A DNA stretch of 64,000 bases, from assembly GCA_951406725.2 (NCBI GenBank), contig OX597819.1, forward strand, positions 95,976,001 to 96,040,000, written 5' to 3'. Below the pieces are notes generated by a model, which saw only the letters and a program-made list of their open reading frames with translations, was not told the DNA's origin and did no database searches. A program made the translations under genes and the position numbers. The stretch is from Octopus vulgaris. Lineage: Eukaryota. Below are positions 12,608 to 26,219 of the stretch, piece after piece. Within the stretch, counting starts at the first letter, position 1; each line of letters begins with the position of its first letter.

Positions 12608-13115
12608 ATTGTGATATTGTACATACTGACACATCTCTGTTTCTATTTATAGATATAGATATATTTCATATTTACAGCAGGTCCTCAAAAAATGTATACT
12701 CCCTTTGACTGAATACACACAAATATACATATCATTATCATTTTACATCTGCTTTCTATGCTGGCATAGGTCAGCTGGATCATCATGGCCTTAAGTCAGT
12801 TCTTATTGGGAGCCATAGCTCTTATAGCTAGGTCAGAATACCATGTCTTGATCATACGTTTCAATTTTGGTTTGCTTTCTATAGATGGATATCCTTCTCA
12901 TCACCAACAGCATACAGAGTATACTGGGAGTGAGGTTATCTTGTAGTCCATAAAAATTAAAGAGTCTCCATCACTCCACACCCAAGAGAATGTAACAAAG
13001 AATGAAGATGAACAGATATGTGAATGATGAGCAAAGAAAATCAGAATGGGGTGGAGTGAAGGGAGCAAGAGCATGCCGTTAAAGAGGAGGGAATTGAAGT
13101 GGGAGGGTGGTGCAA

Positions 13116-13148
<33 letters not shown>

Positions 13149-13159
13149 ATTAATAATAA

Positions 13160-13830
13160 CGGAGGTAGATGGTGATGGGTGTCATTATAGTCCTCCAAGA
13201 TATAACAGATGAGTTTAAGGCTGGATGCCCATGGGAACTCCTGTGTGCTGATGACCTAGCTCTTCTAGTTGGATCAGTGGTGGGTCTAGAGATGAAATTC
13301 CAGTTGTAGAAGCAATATCTAAAATTAACCCTTTAGCATTTAAATGACCATATCCAGCCCCAAAACTCTACCTGTTTTATGTTCAAACTGGTCTCACACC
13401 TACCAAATAATGTCATTATAAAAATAGACAAATACATCTCCTGAAGCTATGAGACTATCATATGCTCAGTTGGCTCACTAGAATTGACAATTTGGCAGCT
13501 TTTGCTACCTAAGTGATCTGGTTAGCAGTGGTGGTGGTGGTTGTTCTAAATGCAAAATAGATTAAAAACAGGGTGGGAAAATACTGGGTGCTATTAGCTC
13601 TGCTGGCAAGAAAGGGCCTCTTCCCCAGAGTAAAGAAAGAGTAGAGTGTGTGGTTCATGTATACAAAATGCAATGCTGCATGAAATGGAAGTAACATTAT
13701 AGAATGGACAGGTATCAAGCATTAAGAAAGCATATACATATGGAAGAAGCATTAGAAAATGAAACAAGTGAAATATGATTGAGAATCTGAGATGACATAA
13801 CAGAATGAGAAAATTTGTTAACTTTGATAA
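13160..13830 (+). mobile_element. RTE LINE RT remnant interrupted by a piggyBac-like MITE fragment (~13326-13460)
   Basis: EFKAGCPWELLCADDLALL matches the RT YADD region. The insert begins ttaaccctttagcattt, matching the element at 43018-43240 in opposite orientation. Confidence 0.75.
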
Positions 13831-15455
13831 CATAATGATAAGTGGGTGATAGCAAATTAGAAAACAAACACATCATATGTAAAGTACACTTGACTGATTT
13901 AAAAAAAATATATTTCATTAATTGAGTAGTTTTAATCATCTATGCATTTCAATACATAACCCCCCCACCTAAAAGAAACCCCAAAATTCACATTCTATGA
14001 AGATCATAATTTCAGCAAAAAAATCTAAGGCTATGAAAATATTCTATATCATATGCATGTAGTATATTTCACATAAGCAAATTGAGGTATAGGTTGAGGT
14101 AACAGTGCATGGATGTTGCGAGGGTTGTCTGCCCAAACTGACATGACTGGTGTTGCCCAGAAATATAAAAAAAAAAAAAACTAGGACAGCAACCCTTCTA
14201 ATAGTTTGCACATGAAAAATCAACACATCCAATCAAATTTATACAGGGACAATATGCATATATCAGTGCAAGTATTTCTCCTACACATACTTAGAGATGT
14301 CTTTAATGCCCGGCCTCTCTCTCTGACATAGATTAACAATACATATATAACAGATTATACTCGTTTCTTTTTATGCTTCATATTCAATATCTCGTTACCT
14401 CACAATCATGCAACTTCACTTTCTTTTCTCATGCTTCAAACAGTCCAGTTTGCACATGAAAAAAAAAAAAGATAACTTGCAATTTTGTTGGTGTTATTTT
14501 CAATTTTGATTTTGTTATGGAGATCTTAAGGCCATCAGACTATGAACCATGTTCCATAGATTAGTATGACTAAATATTTAGTAACAAGTTAGAAGAAAGC
14601 CTGTCCCAAGAATGTTGCTTGGCCATACATTCTATGTAGACCTGCTTATATTTAATGAAAACTATGAAGTTGATTTATTTAGGAAAGGTAATTGACTGCA
14701 CCACCACCACCAACAACAACAACTACACTGAACATGGCCCAACAAGGGAACCTCCACATAGTCACTCAATTTGATGGAACTTGAAGCCAAACCACTGTCA
14801 AATTACATTTCGTTGTTTTAATATGATTAGGACATATTACATACTGCAGTTGTAGGTTTAGTTTAAGAAGACTGCATGGTCATATTTGAATATAAACCTA
14901 CTGGATCAAGACTGACCTTGGGCTAAACAACAACAACAAAGATTTAATAACACTCTCTAATGTAATTGGTATTGTGGGTGCCTGGATTGCAACAGATGTT
15001 CAAGCCAGAGGGCCTAACTTTTATACAAGCCAATGGCTAGAAGCAGCAGCCAAATTTCTCTTAAATCAAAACCTACCATACAAAGAAGGGAAGGACACAT
15101 AAAATAATATAGTCCTAGATGACCTCAAAAAACAGGATGGTGATGGTTGGAGGGTCTGCTCAATCAGGATTAAACTGGGACTAAATAACATTTGTAATAA
15201 AGAATGGTAAAGTAGAAAAGGTACAGCAACTGTTTTAATACATGATATCAATGTTGAATGTTCCAAAATGGCCTTAGATATAATGGCTAAAACTAAGTAA
15301 AGAACAGGATGATATAACAATAGAATACAACACACCTGTTACTCTTGACTATGGATATCACAATTGCCCTTCATTAATAATTTCACTAATTTAGTTCAGA
15401 AGCAACAGATTCAAGCCCCAAACACAATAACTAAAGCCTGTTAGGTGACATATTT

Positions 15456-15532
15456 ACTCACCTGTATTTAAAAAGGAAATTACATTTAACATTCACTAAC
15501 ACACACATACCTATAAAAAAAAAACAAAGATG
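15456..15532 (-). promoter_or_regulatory. Tandem 3'ss/5'ss junctions (recursive-splice-like sites) around a 49-nt cassette (15462-15510)
   Basis: ctttgttttttttttatag|GTATGT, followed 49 nt later by tttcctttttaaatacag|GTGAGT. Confidence 0.4.
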
Positions 15533-18049
15533 TCTTTGTTGAAAATTAATTATACATTCAAGTCAATATAGATCTCAGCTGTACACACAATCTATAGAAA
15601 TGCATTGAACCGTTTCTGTTGTGACACTTACTTCTGCTTCTAAAACACAGTAAAGTGATGTATGATGTATAGAGAAAAAAAACATTTTTAAGGAATTGTT
15701 CACTCTACAAGTGAACAAAGATGAAGGCACAACAATTGCCAATGTTGGAAAAATTCCATTTTAATGAAATATTGTAACTTGGAATAACTTAAAGGGTTTA
15801 AAACAAAGTATTTGCTTCTATACAATTTCCTGAATAAATAAATAAAGATAAAAACTAAACAGTAAATTTATATCGAGATATATGGTAGGGTCTCATATAT
15901 GTAATACAGTGAGTTGAATAACTTTAACTTGAATTAGCCAAACAATTAGGAGACAAAAACTCCCTCTCTGGTATTTAAAATATTAAATCGACAAGCAAGG
16001 GAGGTAGCTCCAATAAAAGCTGTTGATTGAAATTTTTGGAGCAAATTTGGTCTTTAAAGCCAGCTGGTGAAATTAAAACATATGTTTTAACCTATTTAGA
16101 CCTCATCTGTGAATTCTATTCAGTTGGCAAGACTAAGTGATCTCACTCTTGGCAGCTCAATATCTCTCTCTACTCTGCATGTATATATGTCACGCACATA
16201 CACACACAAACAGAGAAGTATATAGTACAGAAAATGAAGTGACATGGATTATGAAAATCAAAAATATAGCTGAGAGAAGATATCTCTGAGAAGAGTTCTG
16301 TATAGAAAATACAAATACACTGAAGAGGTGTAATAAGACTAAACATGTCTGTTGCTATTACCAGTTGACTTTAAAGATCAGATCCACTTCAATCTACTTT
16401 GAGTATATTATCCAAAAATCTGACATTATTTGAATTGTCTCTCTCACTTGTTATTTTTTTTTAGATTTTAAATACTCATGAGAGATTTCATCTACAAACT
16501 GCTTGGCTAATCTTAATTGATGAGAGTTTTTTTCAGTTCACTATCTGACATATGTGAGACCTTACTTTATGTGTCTTTAGATAATTTTCTTCAGCTATAT
16601 TGTTGATATCATAATCAACATCTCTAATATTCCCTCCATTTGTATATCATCATCATCATCATAGTCTTATGCCTGTTTTCCATGCGGGCATGGGTTTGAT
16701 GGTTCAACAGGATCTGACAGGTTGCTGAACCACATCTTGCTTCAGTGTCTCAGTTTTGGTATGGTTTCTATGGCTGGATGCCCTTTCTAACCACTTTACA
16801 AAGTATATTGCAAGTATCTTTTGTTTCCTTGCAGCACAAGCATTTTAGAGGTTACCTTGTCATCCACAAAATTAAAAAGCCATCTTAAATACTCTGTTGC
16901 ATTTGTTTGATTTGGTTTGCCAACAATCTACAGAAGTAACGGGTGCTTTTTGTTTTTTTGTGGTACTAGCACTAGTGGAGAGGCCTTGTAGCTCATAAGG
17001 CAAAAGACAGGTTAGAGGATGACGGAAGAAACAGATTTATTGTTGTGAGAGGATGGTAGTAGAGAGAGTAACAAAGAATCTATTTACTATACATGTATTC
17101 ACGTGTTTGTAATTATGTATGTGTGTAAGTGTCTATGTCATGTGTATTTACAGGACTGTATACATATGTTCATTCCAGGAAATGCAGAATCTTTGAAATG
17201 TTTTACAAAGCTTTCTTGTACTACTAATCATTTGGACTTGAAGGATGAGAGCTGGTTTGTTTTGTGCTTTTTATGCAAGCCTGCCATTACATAGTTCAGT
17301 GCACCTATGCTAATAGTACAAATTAAAATCTATAGCTTGGATAGAAAACTTGCAAGTCTGCTAGTTTATGTAAGTAAGTATTACTCTAAGATGCTGAATG
17401 GTAAATTAAATGTTAAGAAATCTGCAAATCATTTATGTAATGAAAGAACTGAGTTGTGAAATATGAGAGAAGGGCGGGGAGAGGGGTGGCAAGCAATCAT
17501 CAGAATTTTCCTCTTAGAAAAGTAAATGTAAAAGCTAAACTGGTTTAAGAAAACTCTGTTGAGTATACACTAAGTGTACGGCTAAAATACATCATTAATT
17601 GTTTGGCATACTACAAGAATAAACATTCTACAATGGTATATGAGGTGTGTAGACAAATTAATTAATCTCATACTTATTCTATTGATTCCTGAAGGAAAGA
17701 AGACCACAATTCAAGGTGGACCTCAAACATAGAGAAATGTTTGCAGTAGTAAGGAGGTCAATAGGTCGATAAGATACAGATAACATCACTGTCCAGTAAG
17801 TGTCATCATCACAAGAAATAGTAAACAAGGAAGAGAGAGAGAGAGAAAGAAAGAAAGAGAGAGTGTTTGCATTAGTAGTGAAGTCAATAGGTCACTGATG
17901 ACTGTGTTGTCCAGTAAATGGCATCATTAAAAGAAATAGCAACCAAAATTTATATCCAGTCAACAGTAAAAAGAATTAAGTTTGTAGCAGAAATGTCAGA
18001 ATTTAGAGCTGCTAGAATCTTTAATCCTGAGGGAACTATCATAGGAACA

Positions 18050-18530
18050 GTTACTAATGTGGGAAATCAATCCCACTGCACAGTAACTTGGGCAAGTGTT
18101 TTCTACCTCAGCCTTGAATTGACTAATATCCTGTGAGTGGAATTTGTGAGACAGAAACCATGCAGAAGACCATCATATAATATATATTGCCAGTGCTGCC
18201 TTACTGGCACCCATGCCAGTGGCACGTAAAAAGCACCATTTGAGCATGACTGATGCCAGTGCTGCCTGTCTGGCACTTGCACTGGTGGCACATAACACAC
18301 ATCATTTAAGTGTAGCTGATGCCAGTGCTGCCTGACTGGCTCCCATGCAGGTAGCACATAAAAAGCACCCACTACACTCTCAGAGTGGTTAGCATTAGGA
18401 AGTGCATCCAGCTGTAGAAACCTTGCCAAATCAGATTGGAGTCTGGTGAAGCCTTCCAGTTTGCTAGTCCTCAGTCAAACTGTCCAACCCATATCAACAT
18501 GGAAAATGGGAATTAAACGACAACAATTAT
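18050..18530 (+). mobile_element. Composite SINE with internal ~65-70-bp tandem units
   Basis: tRNA-type head remnant, three gccagtgctgcc..ctggc..gtggcac(g)taa units, and tail ..ccaaccca..catggaaaa..(GAT)n. Confidence 0.85.
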
Positions 18531-18534
18531 GATG

Positions 18535-18565
<31 letters not shown>

Positions 18566-18654
18566 TATATACACATACATATACACACACATATATCTAT
18601 ATATGTCTCTTGTATCCCACTTCAGCTGAGTGTTCTTAATCTTGTGGACTTGTG

Positions 18655-18873
18655 TGTACTGGTGCCACGTAAAAAGCACCTGTGCTGGTGCCACATGCTG
18701 GTGCTGCGAAAAAGCACCCATTACACTCTGTAAAGTGGTTGGCGTTAGGAAGGGCATTCAGCTATAGAAAGCATGCCAAAACAGACATGGAGCTGAGGTA
18801 GCTCTTCAGCTGGCTAGAACCAGTCAAACCATCCAACCCATGCCAGCATGGAAAACAGACATTAAATGATGAT
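18655..18873 (+). mobile_element. SINE (same tail family)
   Basis: gtgccacgtaaaaagcacc...gtggttggcgttaggaagggcat...ccatgccagcatggaaaacagacattaaatgatgat. Confidence 0.85.
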
Positions 18874-19841
18874 AAATGTAATGTGTTCGTGTAACTGAAA
18901 ATCAAGAAAATCTGAGCAATAAATTTTCTAGTGAGGAGTAAATAATTCAAAGAGCTGAACTGAAGATGTAACCATGATGTTCTGGGGAACTCATGAGTTA
19001 GTTTTCTTCATTTGCATTAATTAATGAATTTACAATTGTATTCAATAATGCTGAGCATGCATATTGATGCAAACATGCATGTATAATTTTTTGCACACTA
19101 AAAAATTAACAGCAGTAATCAAATGGAAATAATATGAAAAAACAAATCTATCTTCACCTGTCATGCCTCCTGACTTTACACACACACTGACATACATATA
19201 TATTTATATGGGTGGGTGTGTTTTTTGCTGGTGTATATTGGCAAAGGATGTAAATATCACTGAAGAAACCCAAAAACCAGTGCACATGAAATTGAATTCT
19301 TTGTAATACTTGTTTTGTATGAAGTTCTATCCACTACAAGAACACTTTCACTGTCAGAAAACACAATTAATCAATGACTACCCAATTATAAACCTGTAAC
19401 CCACAACATTATTATGTTGAGGGTTACAGCAATATAAATAAATGAATAAATTTATAACAAATGTAACTGAAAAATACTATTTCAAAGATGGAGAATATTT
19501 TAAATAAAAATGAAAATTGAAATACCTGTAACTATGATGGATTTTCTATAAAATCTTTCAATAGTGAATTAGTTGGTATGTAGTAGTAAACTAACTGGTT
19601 TTATGCTTCACAGAGTACTAAGAAGCAACTCAATTATAACATTCAGTAAGTGCAATAATTAAGATACTAATTTGTAAGACCATAATGTATCACTTGTGTG
19701 TGGAAGGGATGTGTGAAGGAAGAGTACAAAGGTAGGTCTGTGTAAATGTATACACCTAATAATGCTATCAATAAAAATACATTGCTTGTAACATATGTAG
19801 AGCCTATTACAAATATAACCATACAACAAAGACCTGCTCAC

Positions 19842-19928
19842 CTTATTTATAATGATACAGGCAAATGAGCTATTATAATCACTTGACCTCATCAAAGACA
19901 AGTTTTTAATTGAAAAAGTGATAGATAT
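19842..19928 (-). other. Candidate minus-strand exon (87 nt, phase 0-0)
   Basis: Branch-like cctaat plus tttccag| acceptor, donor AAG|GTGAGC; open reading ISITFSIKNLSLMRSSDYNSSFACIIINK. Confidence 0.3.
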
Positions 19929-20839
19929 CTGGAAACTTGAGGTAATTAGGAAAATGATCTATTTTTATTTGAAATTAAGCTAGCAATAGATATTTTGCCG
20001 GTTTGTATTGTTGATAGTCAATATTGACACCTGCTATGCTTTTATGTACATCATTGTTTTTGATTCAGCTCCACTTCATGGCACAATGAGCAAGGTCCTT
20101 ACTATAGCCCCAGGCTGACTAAAGCCTTATGATGGGATTTGGCAGAGAGAAACTGAAAGAAGCTTATCATTTGCATGCATGTATGTATGTAAGTGTGCAT
20201 GTGTGTGTAAGTTTGACAAGTTTTGATGTTTCAAAGGAATACATTGTGCTCTGATGCTTGCTTTGGCATGATTTCTATGGCTGGTTGCCCTTCATAATGC
20301 CAACCAATTTACAATGTACTGAGTGCTTTTTATGTGATACCAGCATTACTGAGGTTGCTATGTATCACACAAGTTTAAGATTCCCTTTAAGTGGGACAAT
20401 AGTTGAGAGAGAGAGTGAGAGATTTATGCTAGGTGTTGAGAGGTTAAAGTATAAAAGAAGTGCTAGGAACATGTTCCTTGCTCTAGAACTGATAAATAGA
20501 TGCCTCACATTATGAGTGGATGAAACTGGAAAGAGAAATTAAGATGGTGATGAGGTGTTAGAGTGGGTGCTCAAGATACAAAATGGTGAACACAAGAGTG
20601 AGTAGGAGCAGAAGAAAAGGAAATGTAGATGAATAGAGGGTGCATGAGTATACGGGTTGAGTGAGATGGAGTAGGGGAGGGACAGTGAATGGAAAACTAA
20701 GATGGAATGGTGACCAGTGGTAAATATATATACACATATACATGCACACATATATATATATATATATACCTATACACAAAGACACACATATAAATCCATA
20801 TATCAAGACGCTGTTGTGAAGAAGTGTGTGTGTAATCAA

Positions 20840-21760
20840 AAAGGCATTCTTGGTAATAAAAAATGAAAAGGAGGCATGGATGTGCTTTTATGAGAGGTTG
20901 CTGGACTGGATGAGGAGAAAGCATAGGAGACAGAAGATATACTTCATTTAGACCCAACAGAGGAAGCAGAAATACAAACTGACAGATGTTTGAGGGATAA
21001 CAAAATTAAGGATACGGCAGGGAAAGTACCTAGCTCATGAAAGTTCCCCACTGTAATGTTTAAAATATTTGGCAGAGTAGGATACAGGCTAGTTAGCCAT
21101 GTAGTGAATCAGATAGTATAGAAAAGCTATACTATCTGATTACACACAGACTGACTTAGAAGTATCATTGTCAACTGTTATGAGAGTAAAGATGCTCTAG
21201 AGCAGGGGTTCTCAACCATTTTTTGTCTATAGACCCTTTTGATTACTATTTTATTCTGGTGGATCCCCTTAGCCATTCAATGTTTAAAAGCTAGTTTTGT
21301 AGATACTTCTTTCAAAATTCCTATTTTGCTTTTTACATATTAACTTGTGTAGGTTGAACTATGTAAAATGTTAGAGGAAGAAACCTAGCTGTTTCTTGCA
21401 ATGCACACACCTAAAGCAAATTTCTTTTCAGGGATCCTTTAAATATTATTGTGGATCCCAAATTTACTATTTTGTTGTGTGGACCTCGCCATCCCTTGCC
21501 TGCCATTCTTATATGGACCCCGGTTGAGAACCACTGCTCCAGAGAGAGGAAACCACAGAGATATTAAACTGTATTTTAGGTTATGAAAGTTACAGAAAGT
21601 GTTATGACACAATTGATTAGCAAGAGAATTAAAATAAATGAGATGTAGTTTTGACTTGTGCCAGAAGGAGTACTATTGATGTCATTTTCCTAGTGAGAGA
21701 GGATAGCAACAGAAGTTAATCAAGCCAATAATAAACACTCCGCTCTGTTCATCATTTGTT
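20840..21760 (+). mobile_element. RTE LINE remnant split by a hAT MITE
   Basis: ...IVNCYESKDALE|RGNHRDIKL... reads through once the MITE is removed (cf. RTE DALERGNYRGIKL). Confidence 0.75.
21203..21536. mobile_element. hAT (Charlie-like) MITE, copy 1
   Basis: TIRs CAGGGGTTCTCAACC / GGTTGAGAACCACTG; TSD ctctagag / ctccagag. Confidence 0.92.
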
Positions 21761-22079
21761 GACCTGGTGGTCGTTACAACATGCACTGTACAATAGTTGA
21801 TATTAGGAATGGTATTTGTTTGTAGAAGCCATGCCAAAAATGAAACTTGTGAGATGTTGTTCTCTAAGCTATCTAAGAGAGCAGCAATGAAAAAAACCAC
21901 AACATGAAAAGCAGATGTAAAATAATATATAGATATAACTATGGATTTATGTTTTTCTCAGAAAGAAGGCAGGAGAAAATACTAAAAATGTTAGTCTCAT
22001 GAAGCTGATATACGGCAAAATTTGAAGTCACTATCAACTTTTCAATGTAAATAAATATATATATATATATACATACATA

Positions 22080-22284
22080 CGAAGGGGTGCTGAAAAATTC
22101 CTGGCTTTAAGGGTATTGCGAAAGGCCTGATTGGAGGTCAACCAGTCTGAGTTCTTTTACAGGGCTTAGAAAAACTGAAGGACCACTAATGTGTAGAAGG
22201 GGAATATGTTGAACAAAATCATAATTAACTGATCCTCCTGTATTTTCTTTTACTCAAAGTCAGGAACTTTTCAGCACCCCATCA
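22080..22284. mobile_element. Mariner-type MITE
   Basis: ~29-bp TIRs cgaaggggtgctgaaaaattcctggcttt / aaagtcaggaacttttcagcaccccatca, flanked by TA. Confidence 0.88.
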
Positions 22285-22359
22285 TAAATAAATATATACA
22301 CATACACACATTGTGTGTGTATATGCATACATATATATATATGTATGTGTGTATATATG

Positions 22360-22510
22360 TGCATATGGAATGGTTGGTGTTAGGAAGGGCATCCAGCCAT
22401 GGAAACCATGCCAAATTAGACTGGAGTCTGGTGCAGCCCCTCAGCTTACTAGCCCTGGTTAAACAATCCCACCTATACCAGGAGAGACAACGGAATGATG
22501 ATGATGATGT
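22360..22510 (+). mobile_element. SINE tail fragment
   Basis: tggttggtgttaggaagggcatccagcc...(GAT)n. Confidence 0.8.
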
Positions 22511-22569
22511 GTGTGTACATCTGCTAACACTGTTTTGTTAGACCTTTGGCAAATATCCTTTAGGTATCA

Positions 22570-22980
22570 TACATGATTCTGAATGGCAATGCACATTTGA
22601 AGGAAAGTAGAAAATTTAGATGAGGATGACGAGGGTTCAAGGAGTCGAATCAGCAGTAAAACATCAGGAAATGTGGAAATGAAGTGCATGAGCTCATCTA
22701 TGAGGAACATCTGTGAACACTCCATCAACTCTCCCACATGACAAGAGTTAATGATGAATTTCATCAGGAAGATCTCCTCAAGATGATGCAGTGTCTGACT
22801 CAAAACAAAATGTCAGTTGTTCCACACCCTCTGTACTTGTCTCATCTATTTTCCAGTCATTTCACTGTGGTATCCAAAATGAAATTGAATTTGAAGTGGG
22901 GAACTGCTCTGAGATGATAGATGAAATTTAAACAGAATTGCAGGCAATATTTGATGGCTTTCAAGGAAGAGGACTATAAC
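22570..22980 (+). pseudogene. Internally deleted mariner transposase fossil
   Basis: LDEDDEGSRSR..KTSGNVE resembles the HTH-linker D..RSGRP...ENV. VVPHPLYLSHL resembles HPPYSPDL and is followed by ..KMKLNLK... Confidence 0.6.
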
Positions 22981-23319
22981 TTACATGTTTTGAATATGTA
23001 ATTCACCACATTAACTTCTTCCATATTTTCATAAAAATTCACACAATATACATACATCATGCATACATACAACACAATTGTAAACACACACACACAAGAA
23101 CTAAAGCATTTATGCACATAAGCATAAACACCAAATCTTGCCTTCACCATCTTGACGTCAATAAATTCAATAAACTAACACTCTTGACCTTCCTTCACCT
23201 TCAGTTTCTTTAGCCAGTCACCCTCCCCTACTAATGTTAAACCTTATTTCTCAGAATTTTACTTGAAAATAATAAAATATTCTTTTTCTAACAGAATTCT
23301 CTTCACAATTGTAGTTTAC

Positions 23320-23360
23320 CTTCAACAACCTCTCTTTAAAATGAAAGTTTCTATTGTTCA
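23320..23360 (-). other. Candidate minus-strand mini-exon (41 nt)
   Basis: Strong acceptor tttttctttttaatgtttttacag| and donor AAG|GTAAAC. One open frame: xNNRNFHFKERLLK. Confidence 0.45.
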
Positions 23361-23469
23361 CTGTAAAAACATTAAAAAGAAAAATTATCAATACTGGTTA
23401 AATAAATTGTTTACTGAAATTTGATGTTTCAGTCAAACATAATTACACACACACAGTCTTTGTGTATTT

Positions 23470-24015
23470 GTCTATGCAGACCATGCGAATGAATGGCACT
23501 ATTTTAGCTATTGACTAATGAACATGTTGGGCAATACTAGGATATATTCCATGGTGTACATGAAAGATGTGGCTTTGATTGCAGAAATAAGGAAGAATAA
23601 ATACTCCTGGAGTTCTGTGATGATAATGACCTTTTCAGCACTAACTTAAAGAAACTGACCATCTGATCAGGTACCAATCAGTTGAACACACAAATCAGAT
23701 AGACTTTATTCTGACTGGAAAACAGGATATATGGATAGTTGTAAATGCTAAGCCTTTCCCTGGTGAAGAATGCATTACCGAATATAACTTAGTGATTAGA
23801 GAATTCAGAGGTAGAGCTAGATGAACCCAGATGTGCAAAACAGGAAAGAAAGATATGGAAGTTTAAGAGAAAACAAACAGTTGTAAGAATGCACGAGAAA
23901 CTGCCTTTAATGTTCAGGAGGCTCCTTAGACGTAGTTGATAGTCTCTGCCACCTAAGTGGCCTAATTAGCAGAGGAGTTGAATGTACTGAAAGCATAGCA
24001 TCCAGTGTAAGAATA
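23470..24015 (+). mobile_element. RTE LINE endonuclease/RT fragments
   Basis: LLEFCDDNDL, TQID.ILT and AKPFPGEECIT are AP-endonuclease-type motifs; VVDSLCHLSGLIS is a C-terminal piece. Confidence 0.65.
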
Positions 24016-24029
24016 GTGGTGGATTCTAC

Positions 24030-24420
24030 AGGCAATAAAGGGCTTCACTCTTTGAGTGAAGGGCAAAGTATTTGATGTAGCTACAGAAGAAACCGCATAC
24101 CAAGATCTTGTTCATGTTGTCTACCACACCTATGATGGTAGCCTTTAATGAGTCCTTAGTACTGGGTAGTTGCTGTTTGGTCTCCTCTCAATGATGCCCC
24201 AGACAGAATAGTTCAGAAGGTTCTAATCAGGAGAGCTTGGTGGTGAGATGTTGAGCTGAGTGGGTACGGTCATATGGTTGTGAACATTCATGGTCAGCCC
24301 CATAAGGTTGCAAGTACCATGTCAATGATAGCAGTCGAATGGCTATGTTTGCCTTTAACAGAAAGCTCAACGAGGACAAAGCTAGGACTTAGAAGTTAAA
24401 ATTTGGTAATTTGGTAGTGA
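24030..24420 (-). pseudogene. Tc1/mariner transposase C-terminal remnant
   Basis: The minus strand reads PD*NLLNYSVWGIIE (cf. SPDLNPLDYSVWG). Confidence 0.6.
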
Positions 24421-24784
24421 TAGTCAGTGAATAGTATGATGCTAAAAAGCAGTTTCAGACACACTAAAGACTAAAAACAAATAATTTTCTTTGAAATGTA
24501 TTGTTAATGTGAATTCTAAATTATGTCCTGTCTGATTGACTTTTCTTTACCTCACACTAACAATCCTTTGCAACTACTACTCCATAACATCTAAAAGATG
24601 TCTTTCTACATTTGTTTTTCTTGATTTATCCCTCTTTTACCCCAAGGAAACCTCAAACTGGAGATTTTTTGAGTTAGTATATTATTCTGGGTTGCATCTA
24701 GATTTCCTTGCAAATTTTGGTAAAAATTCTCTGAGAAACAATGATGTTTTAAAACAGAGAAATATTGATGCACATATACTGTAT

Positions 24785-25226
24785 ACAGTAAACACCCTCC
24801 TATCCAGTAATCAAATAACTGGCATTCTCAAGCAACTGGCACATCCCCACCTCCAAAAATAAAGAAAAAAGATATTAAAATTAGAGTCAAGAATTTGTGC
24901 TAATTTGTGTTAAATAATTGTCATTAAAAGAAAGTTACTGCTGTATCTAAAATGGATTGTTGCTTCTCTAAGTACAACACAGTAATTTATTTTATAGTAT
25001 TTACAATACCTGTATTTCATTAGGCAAATAAAACTTATTCTTTACTTACATTATACTTTAATTTCTTCTTATTTATTCAGAACATTAATGATAACACTAA
25101 TGTATACACATAGTTTTAATGAGTTTAGAAGATGCTTTGGTAATTTAAAAAGTGATGATCCAGAAAATTCAGATATCTGGCAACTATCTGGTCACAGTGG
25201 AACCGGATAGAAGGGAGATGATACTT
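24785..25226. mobile_element. Possible pogo/Tigger-like non-autonomous element
   Basis: Starts ta-CAGTAAACACCCTCCTATCC and ends ..GGATAGAAGGGAGATGATACT-ta; the TIRs are imperfect and the interior is AT-rich. Confidence 0.45.
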
Positions 25227-25931
25227 ATAAATACTTCTCAGTAGTAACACTGAATCATTTTAGATTGGCAGCTGAAACATTTGACTAATCCTACTGACTG
25301 CTCCTGAATAAAGTGGCACTCTAATAGAGGAACAAAATTTGGTCATAATAGAGACTATATTATAGGATGGCTGTTGTGGTAGCATCCCATTGACAGTATA
25401 CTCTAAATGTAAAGAGCACTTCTTTTTAGCCAGTCACTTAACAGGCTAGAAAGAACAACCAAACATCCCTCATACCATACCTCAACATTATCAAAATAGG
25501 AAAGGGTACATTGGGGATGATAATGTAGTTATATAGAATGAATAATAATAATAATAATAATAATAATATGTTCATGGTTGCAATGCCTTTTATCATAGCT
25601 TTTGATCAGGGTTGATTTTGTTGCCTGACATACATGAAAAATGAAGGGATGCTAAAAGTAAGAGTAATTTTGATCAGAGATTTGCTAGACCGGGGCTAAC
25701 CTAAGGTTAAACAACAACAAACACATCACCGTAATCATTAAGTTTTAATCATAATTACTGAAGCTTGAAAGCATTTAGCAAATCAACCAAACAACAAATG
25801 GTAATCATTCTGTCTTTTGATATCCAAGATAATAAAAAATAATTGTCAACCTATGATTTATGTATGATGATGTGAAATATTTATGACATTAATCATGCTG
25901 ATCATAATGATCACAGCACAATACATCAGTA

Positions 25932-26184
25932 TTAACCCATCCATAACTATATTTTTAATAAACTATATTTTCAAAATTAATTGGAACCTGGACAGTAGTT
26001 AAGAATTTGGAGTTCTTTAGTAAAAATAACTTTTTCAAAAATAAAATGTTGTTTGGAAAATGGCAAAAGGTTCTTGTTTAAAATTTTAGTGAGAATGTTT
26101 TAATATAAATATTTTAAAAGAAAATTACTTGTACAGTAGAATCAAAGGTAGTTGTATCAGGCGGGTTGATACTGAGAAGGTTAA
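25932..26184. mobile_element. Possible piggyBac-like MITE
   Basis: Bounded by TTAA-CCC...(G)G-TTAA. Confidence 0.4.
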
Positions 26185-26219
26185 GACATAATAACTATAA
26201 TGGTTATTTTAATATATGA

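Noticed and set aside
17918-18136. 72-aa ORF MASLKEIATK... with plausible composition
   Set aside because: It starts within a local duplication and runs into a SINE head; no recognisable homology or splice support.
18188-18372. Regularly spaced repeats resembling a CRISPR array (also 39816-40120, 44115-44210)
   Set aside because: Whole ~65-70-bp units are homologous with no unique spacers, they are internal to a SINE, the context is eukaryotic, and there are no cas genes.
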